A stretch of 64,000 bases of DNA from Lytechinus pictus. Taxonomy: Eukaryota. The stretch lies in contig NC_087250.1 of assembly GCF_037042905.1 (NCBI RefSeq), forward strand, positions 9,240,001-9,304,000, written 5' to 3'. Shown piece by piece: positions 56,072-64,000 of this stretch; position 1 is the stretch's first letter, and each line of letters opens with the position of its first letter. The notes under the pieces are model-generated. The model saw only the letters and a list, made by a program, of their open reading frames with translations. It made no database searches and was not told the origin of the DNA. The position numbers and the translations under genes are program-made.

Positions 56072-59000
56072 TAGTGGAGCGGTTATGTGACAAAAAAAGG
56101 CCAAGATGCTCGGATCTGGCAGAAAGTGTGAAATTTGGCATACAGGGGTATTTTGGGGCGCTGATTTCAAAAATTGCCGGCCCCAAGCGATTTGACCATC
56201 GGGTCGGCCGCCATTTTGAAATCCAATATGGCTGCCATGAAAAATCATTAAATGTCAATTTCTTGAGTTTTACATGCCATGTGACACTGATATTTGGCAT
56301 ATAGGGGTATTTTGAGGCACTGATTTCAAATATTGCCGGCCCCCAGCAATTTGGTCGGCGGCGAAACGGCCGCCATCTTGAAATCCAAGATGGCTGCCAT
56401 GATATATTATTGCAATCATTTTCTCGAGTTTTATATGAACTGCGGTATTGAAATTTGGCATATAGGCTTGATTTGGGTTGCTGATTTCAAATATTGCCGG
56501 CCCCAAGTGATTTAACCATCGGGTCGGCCGCCATTTTGAAATCCAAGATGGCCGCCATGAGAAATCATTAATGTCATTTTCTTGAGTTTTACATGACTTG
56601 TGACACTGTAAAATGGTATGTTGGAGTATATTTAGGCACTGATTTCAAATATTGCCGGCCCCCAGCAATTTGACCACTTGGTCGGCGACAAAATGGCCGC
56701 CATCTTGAAATCCAAGATGGCCACCATGATATATTATTGCAATCATTTTCTCGAGTTTTATATGAACTGCGGTATTGAAATTTGGCACATAGGCTTAATT
56801 TTGGGCGCTGATTTCAAATATTGCCGGCCTCAAGCGATTTGACCATCGGGTCAGCCGCCATTTGAAATCCAAGATGGCTGCCATGAAAAATCATTGGACT
56901 CATTTTCTTGAATTTTACATAATATGTGCCACTGAAATTTGTAGTATTTCGGTATGTGGGTAAGTTCATTTAAAAAATTGCTGGCTCCAAGCAATCTGAC
57001 AATTGGTCGGCGGAAAAATGGCCATCATCTTGAATTCGATGCTGGCTGCCATAGAAATATTGCAATTATTTCGTTGAGTTTTATATGATCTGCGGTATTG
57101 CACTTTGACATATAGAAGTAGTGTGGGAAGCTTATTTCAAATATTGCTGGCCCTCAGCGATCTGATCCCCTGAGTCAGGGTTATACGGGCCAAAGATATT
57201 CATTCGTGCCAACCCATTTAATTCTCAATTTTTAATTCTGATATTGCTGATTGACAAAAATGAATGAATATGATTGATAATAAAACACTGATTCTAGGGA
57301 GGGTAACTTTACTGAACTTTCCTTTTTCAAATTGGGAAGATATATCACCACTTTGGAACTATTTTTATACTGGCGGGAGAAGTATTGCCATTTTACTGTC
57401 TCAAGTGATGAATTTGATCCTGTCAGGTGTAGTCTTCATAAATGCCGATTTATTTTTAGAAAGAGCTGGTCGAGGTACCATTTTCTGGTCAGATATGGAA
57501 TGTCAGACATATATCCTATCCACTGGACAGGTAGTAAACATTCAATTCTCGAATTTCATCCTTTTTTTTTTTTGAGGGCCTCTTTAACACACGAGTCTAT
57601 GGGAAATGTTTTAGGCCCGTGATACCTCAGCTGCAAGATGGCTGCCATAAAAAAAATCATTAAAAAAATCAAGTATCATAATTATAACGTAGGTATTATT
57701 TTGAAATTTGGCATCTTGGGGTATTGACATTTCCCCCCAGTAATCTTTCCAATAGATATGCTGCAAAATGGCCACCATCTTTACAACAAACATTTCTCCG
57801 GGATGAACTTCCCTTTTTAAAATAAAGGTCAAGTCCACCACAAGAAATTGTTGATTTGAATAAATAGAGAAAAATCAAACTAGCATAACGCTGAAAATTT
57901 CATCAAAAAATCGGATGTAAAATAAGAAAGTTATGACATTTTAAAGTTTCGCTTATTTAAAAAAAAACAGTGATATGCCCAACTCAGTGACATGCAAATG
58001 AGACAGTCGATGATGTCCCTCACTCACTATTTCTTTTGTTTTTTATTGTTTGAATTATACAATATTTCATTTTTTACAAATTTGACAATATGGACCAACT
58101 TGACTGAACCATATAGTATTAAATAATGCTAATTCCATATGTTCAGGGATGAATTATTGTTGTTTCACTTGACAATGAGGAGAAAATTAGAATATTTCAT
58201 ATTTCATATAATAAAATACAGTGAGTGGATGATGTCATCAGTCTCCTCATTTGCATACCGACCAGGATGTGCATATAACTGTTTTGTGAAATTAAGCAAA
58301 ATTTTAAAATGTCATAACTTTCTTATTTTACATCCGATTTTGATGAAATTTTCAGTGTTATGTTTTTTGGAATTTTATCTTTTTATTCAAATAAACTTTT
58401 TGTTTAGGTGGACTTGTCCTTTAAGGGATAGAGCAACGTCCGATGTGGCGCTGCTAAGTTGCTGCCGGGCTCACGATCTACAGGGTATGGGCAAAATTAA
58501 TTTTCGGAGTATTTCTGTAACTGAATTCTATTTTGAACAATAAAATATGTATTATTATCATCCATCATTAATATTAATTTCATCATCATCATCATACCAC
58601 TATATAACCATCAGTACTTCAAGTCTGGAGCAGTTTTCTTCATGTCGATTTGTAATAAAACATCACAATTATTGGAGCAATATTCTGAAACCAGCAGGCC
58701 AAAAACCTGCCTGTATGTCTAAAATGCAGTGCCTCAAATTATTAAAACCAAGAAAATGATTTTAATGAATTTTCATGACAGTCGATCCTCTCTAGATTTC
58801 AAGATGGTGGCCATTTTGCAGCATATCTATTGGACAGATTACTGGGGGCAATTTCAATATCCCTAGATGCCAAATTTTAAAATAATACATTACGTGATAC
58901 TAGATAAAGTGATTTTTTTTCAATGATCTTTTTTCATGGCAGCCATCTTGGATTTCAAGATGGCTGACATTTTGCTTCTGACTCAGGGGATCAGATCGCT

Positions 59001-60716
59001 GAGGGCCAGCAATATTTGAAATAAGCACCCCGCACTCCGTCGATATGTCAAAGTGCAATACTGCAGATCATATAAAACTCAAAGAAATAATTTACAGCCT
59101 CTCAACAGAAAATGATTGTTCCGGATGGTGATTATTCAACCAAAGCCACTTCAAATGTGTAACTGCAGAAAAAGCTAGCTGGTTTGTGTATTTATGGTGC
59201 TTCATACTTACGTAACATCTATATCAGCAATTAAGGGTGCCAAAGTATTATAATCCTTGCAACGGTTTTCCAGTGCCAATACAATGGGTTTTACTCACCA
59301 TTATAATGTTGTACATCATTCAAACTTGGTAACCATATTGGAATTCAAGTTTTTCTCCAAATTCAAAGTGTTACAGGCCATAGGTAAGACTTGAGCAAAT
59401 TATCTTTCATGGCGGCCATCTTGTAATTCAAAATGGCAACAAAACAGGGGTCTGACAATAATGAGTGTCTAAATATATGCCTATATGACAGCTTTCAGGG
59501 CCACAGTTCATATAAAACTCAAGACTATTATCATTTCTTTTAATTCATGGCGGTCATTTTGCCGAAACCCGGTGGTTACATTGCTGGTGGCCGGCAAAAA
59601 TCAGTGCCACGTACCTCTGTATGCCAATTTTGGTGTCATATATAATGTAAAATCCAAGAAAATTATTTTGATATGGTTTTTCATGGCAGCCATCTCTATT
59701 TGCCAAAGTTCAGAGCACATGTAAAATTCAAGAAAATGATTTTTAGTGATTTTCATGGCGGCCATCTTAGATTTCAAGATGGCGGCTGACCTGGTGGTAA
59801 GACTATTTAAAATAAGTGCCCTAAACTACACCTACACTATATATGCTAAATTTCAATACCATAGCTCATACAAAACTAGAGAAAATTATTGTAACGATAT
59901 TTCATGGCGGCCATCTTGGATTTCAAAATGGCGGCCGACCCGATGGTCAAATCACTTGGGGCCGGCAATATTTGAAATCAGCACCCCGAATTAAGCCTAT
60001 ATGCCAATTTTCAGTGTCACATATCATGTAAAACTCAAGAAAATGACATATAATGATTTTTCATGGCGGCCATCTTGGATTTCAAAATGGCGGCCATTTA
60101 GCCGCCGACCAAATGGTCAAATTGCTGGGGGCTGGCAATATTTTAAATCAGTGCCTAAAAATACCCCAACATACTGAATTTAAGTGTCACACGTCATGTA
60201 AAACTCAAGAAAGTGACATTAATGATTTCTCATGGCGGCCATCTTGGATTTCAAAATGGCGGCCGACCCGATGGTCAAATCACTTGCGGCCGGCAATATT
60301 TGAAATCAGCACCCCAAATTAAGCCTATATGCCAAATTTCAATACCGCAGTTCATATAAGACTCGAGAAAATGATTGCAATAATATATCATGGCGGCCAT
60401 CTTGGATTTCAAGCTGGCGGCCATTTTGCCGCCGACCAAATGGTCAAATTGCTGGGGGCCGGCAATATTTGAAATCAGTGCCTCAAAATACCCTTGTATG
60501 CCAAATTTCAGTGTCACATGTCATGTAAAACTCAAGAAATTGACATTTAATGATTTTTCATGGCGGCCATCTTGGATTTCAAAATGGCGGCCGACCCGAT
60601 GGTCAAATCGCTTGGGGCCGGCAATTTTTGAAATCAGCGCCCAAAAATACCCCTGTATGCCAAATTTCACACTTTCTGCCAGATTCGAGCATCTTTTTCA
60701 CATATCTACTGGACTA
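56072..60716. mobile_element. ~4.6 kb foldback element with >1 kb TIRs built from ~150-170 bp tandem units; TAG...CTA termini and TAA TSD (Academ-like, non-autonomous)
   Basis: TAA|TAGT...ACTA|TAA; arms 56072-57785 and 58795-60716 are reverse complements; no transposase ORF. Confidence 0.85.
57826..58420. mobile_element. Intact Kolobok-like MITE in the centre of the foldback element
   Basis: AGGTCAAGTCCACC...GGTGGACTTGTCCT|TTAA. Confidence 0.85.
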
Positions 60717-61290
60717 TAAGTCGAGTCGTGTCGAGATTATCTTGCCAGTGCAGTGCGGCCAATCGCGCAGTACGCGCACCGTGGTGACCGGGGAAGTTTC
60801 GGCGCTGCCAGACCAGAACATCACGGTCTTAGCTCTGGCGTTAGCTTTTGTAGAGTTGGTAGGGGCAGCGAAATTAAGCAGAAGAAAGGTAGCACAAATG
60901 TCATCAGTCTATGTAGTTAATTGCTATGTAAACTACGAAAGTCATGATCACCTTTTGTCTAACATTTCTTTTAAATACAAAAAATACGTAAATAATATTA
61001 TTTAACATATTTTCTTGGAGGCTTCATTATCCATAAAAAAATTGTAAGATTAGACAAACGAAAAAAAAAAAAAAAAAGTGCTCTGGGAGAAAGTGGTCAC
61101 AAAATCTGATCAAAGTGGTCCTTCCTAATAGCAACACTGCCGCGTGTTGCTTCCTCTACGTTCGTTGCAGAATACCAAAAGTCTCGATCTCGTAACTTCT
61201 CAATTACTGACGTTCCACAGTTATGTTTGTGCGCATCATGATCTGCACATATCTTACACTCTGCGCGCTGACGTCACAATCGATGAACAG

Positions 61291-64000
61291 GTAGTAGTAG
61301 TAGTAGTAGTATTTATTTCCGTATTAAAAGCACAATTATATACAATAAAATACGATGGATAGCCCACATTCAGCGTGACTGGCACAGTAGCGCTGGTCTT
61401 CCGTGGGGTCCATAACATTTAACATTAACGTATAATTTAGACACAAATAAACCACATTAGAATAACAGATGTACAGAAGATAAATGAAAATGTAAATATC
61501 AACAGTAAACATATTTAGATAAAACATAAAAAAAAAATAAAAAAAAAAAAAAAAAAAATAAGGGGCGCAAACCTAACAGGGAATGGGGGGGGGGGGGGGA
61601 TGGGGGGTACCGGAGTCCATGTGCTACAGATCAACAATCTTAGATTTGAAAATATTAATACTAGGGGATGATTTGATGTGAAGAGGAAGGGAATTATAAG
61701 CCATGGCGCTTTTATACTTGAAGGATCTTTTGAGGTAATTTGTTCTTGGTTTTGGTAATTTAAATTTGGTTCCGAAACGGGAGGGATACGTATGTGATAC
61801 TAACTCAAATTCATTTCTTAAATATTTTGGAGATAGATTATTCATGATCTTATACATGAGAATAAGGGAGTGATCGTTTCTTCTTTTGTCCAACAATTGC
61901 CAATTTAGTGTATCATGCATTTCCAAAATAGATATATGAGATTCGGGTTTAATTTGGAGTATAATACGACCTGCTCTGTTTTGCAGTTTTTGAAGGCGGT
62001 CTGTGTATTTCCTAAAGGATGCATCGTAAACAACATCACCATAATCAAAGTAGGGGAGGATCAATGAACTATATATTAATTTCAGGATCGATTCACTTAA
62101 GGATCGCCGCAATCTTCCCAGAAAGCCGACTAATTGACCTATTTTTTGCAACATGTTGTCTATATGCAAGTTAAAATTCAAATAATCATCAACTATGATG
62201 CCTAGGTATTTGACATGATGAACTTGTTCTAATGGGGTATTATTTAAGGAAACATGAAGGACATTTTGTTTAGAAATCATATTCTTGCTTCCGATGAGCA
62301 TACAGACCGTTTTTTGACAGTTAACACTTAACTTATTCTGGCACATCCATTGGTACATATTTTCTAAATCTGAGTTTAGGGCCTCGTTGATTCTATCTAT
62401 GGAGGGGTGTGAAAAATACAAAACGGTGTCATCCGCATACAATTGGATATGACATGTATTAATACATTTCACTAGATCATTGACATATAATATAAAGAGC
62501 AGTGGCCCCAGGAGTGATCCCTGGGGCACACCGCAGTTAATAACTGATTCATAAGAGAGTTCCGAATTGATAAGAGTCCTACAAACCCGGTTTGACATGT
62601 AACTTCGAAACCATAAGGATGGTGTGCCAGAAATACCTAAGTTATTCATTTTTTTTCAAAAGAATATCACAGTTCACGGTGTCAAATGCTTTTTTTAAAT
62701 CGACGAAGACGGCCCCAATGTAATGTTTAAGATCGATTGAGTGAAACCAGTCATTGGTTACCTTTAGGAAAGTGGTAATGGTTGAGTGCCTTGGCCGAAA
62801 ACCGGATTGGGCAGGTGTCAGAATATCATTATTTCGCAAAAAATCTAAAACTTGCCGTTGGACAACCCTTTCCAGTATTTTAGATACGCAGGGCAAAATT
62901 GAGATGGGCCTATAATTCGAAGGAGAATTTTTATCGCCACCTTTGTGAATTGGGATAATCTTAGCTTGTTTCCATTGTTGCGGAAATATACCACTTGACA
63001 AAGATAAATTAATCAACTTAGCAATACTCATTGATATCTCCATAGAGCATGCCTTCAAGACAAAGACAGATATCTTATCAACACCGACAGACTTAGTGTT
63101 TTTAAGATTTCTTATGATTTTCAAAACATCATGTTCGTTCACCTGAGTGAATGCAAAAGTCTCATTTGTATAATTACCATCTTCTGTATGGAGGTTCATA
63201 TCGGGTATTTCACTGGCTAATTGTCTCCCTACATTTGCAAAGTAAGTGTTGAATAGGTTAGCAGTTTCAGTATTACAATCCGAATTAGACGAAACTGTGA
63301 GATTTTCACGTTTTTTATTCGGAATAATGGACTTTAAGGTTTTCCAAGTCTGTTTTGGGTTTACCTTAAGATTTGTAAATTTATCAGAGTAATACCGTTT
63401 CTTTGATTTCCTTACTTCATTTGTTACCTTATTTCGTAATATTCTGTACTCGCACATAAGTTTATCATCTTTCAGTTTGCAAGCTTTTCTTTTAAGTTTG
63501 TCACGTTTTTTCATGAGTTTACAAATATTTGCATTCATCCAAGGAGAACCCTTTGTACTTATTCTTTTTGAACGATTTGGCATGTGTTTGTCAACAACTT
63601 GTAAAAACATATTTTGCCATAAATCGACAGCATCATCAACTGAATTACATTGATCTATACTTTCCCAATTCTAGTTACGAATATCATTTCTAAAGTCATC
63701 AATATTGAGCTTGCTGCAACTTCTGAAAGTGATAAATTTTGGCTGAGCACAAATCTTAGAGTTCCAGGTCAGGAAGCTAATCGAATGGTCACTCATTCCG
63801 TTATGAATTACACCATGATTCACTACGTTTTTGGTGTTGTTTGTTAATAGATGATCAATCAATGTAGCAGAAATATTAGTGATTCTTGTTGCTTCTTTGG
63901 TATTAACTTGGACCAGAGAATAAACATTATTTATATCAATATATTTCTTGGTCATGCTTGATAAGGGTTTAGCTAGGATATCACAGTTTACGTCACCTGC
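61291..64000 (-). mobile_element. Young L2/Crack/Daphne-group LINE, ORF2 nearly intact (endonuclease end, RT, C-terminus); continues beyond the window
   Basis: GDVNCD, LIDHLLTN, SDH, NYRPIS, QSGFRP, DLKKAFDTV, GVPQGSLLGP, YADD, KYLG motifs; in-frame TAG at 63671-63673 and one frameshift in an A-run at ~62650; 3' end AATAAA followed by (TAC)n. Confidence 0.95.

Noticed and set aside
56002..61005. Cluster of short repeated ORFs (WRPSWISKWRPTRW, MAAILDFK) as a peptide gene family
   Set aside because: Translations of the tandem units in the foldback arms, open on both strands and in several frames.
63985..64000. Start of a third Helentron-like element (gtcacctgc)
   Set aside because: It is the reverse complement of the LINE endonuclease codons AGDVNCD.

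Overview
AT-rich eukaryotic (animal) genomic DNA. The repeat content looks like a marine invertebrate such as a sea urchin, but that is inference only. There are no prokaryotic operons, rRNA genes, true tRNA genes or CRISPR arrays. The only host gene I can reconstruct is invisible in the ORF track. It is a + strand gene with six coding exons (20432-49808, 576 nt CDS, 191 aa, all five introns phase 0 and GT-AG) encoding a divergent four-transmembrane MS4A/CD20-like protein, with a probable 5' UTR exon at 10788-10900. Most of the rest is transposon-derived. It includes five CR1/L2-group LINE copies (one nearly intact at the right edge), two solo-LTR candidates, tRNA-derived SINEs, many MITEs, Helentron/DINE-like tandem-repeat elements carrying perfect DR1 motifs, two ~4.7 kb foldback elements and large (AGT)n/(TAC)n arrays. 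Several multi-layer nested insertions can be resolved to the base. I see no evidence of a new multi-gene system. The best leads are the divergent MS4A-like gene and the foldback and motif-array elements around it.
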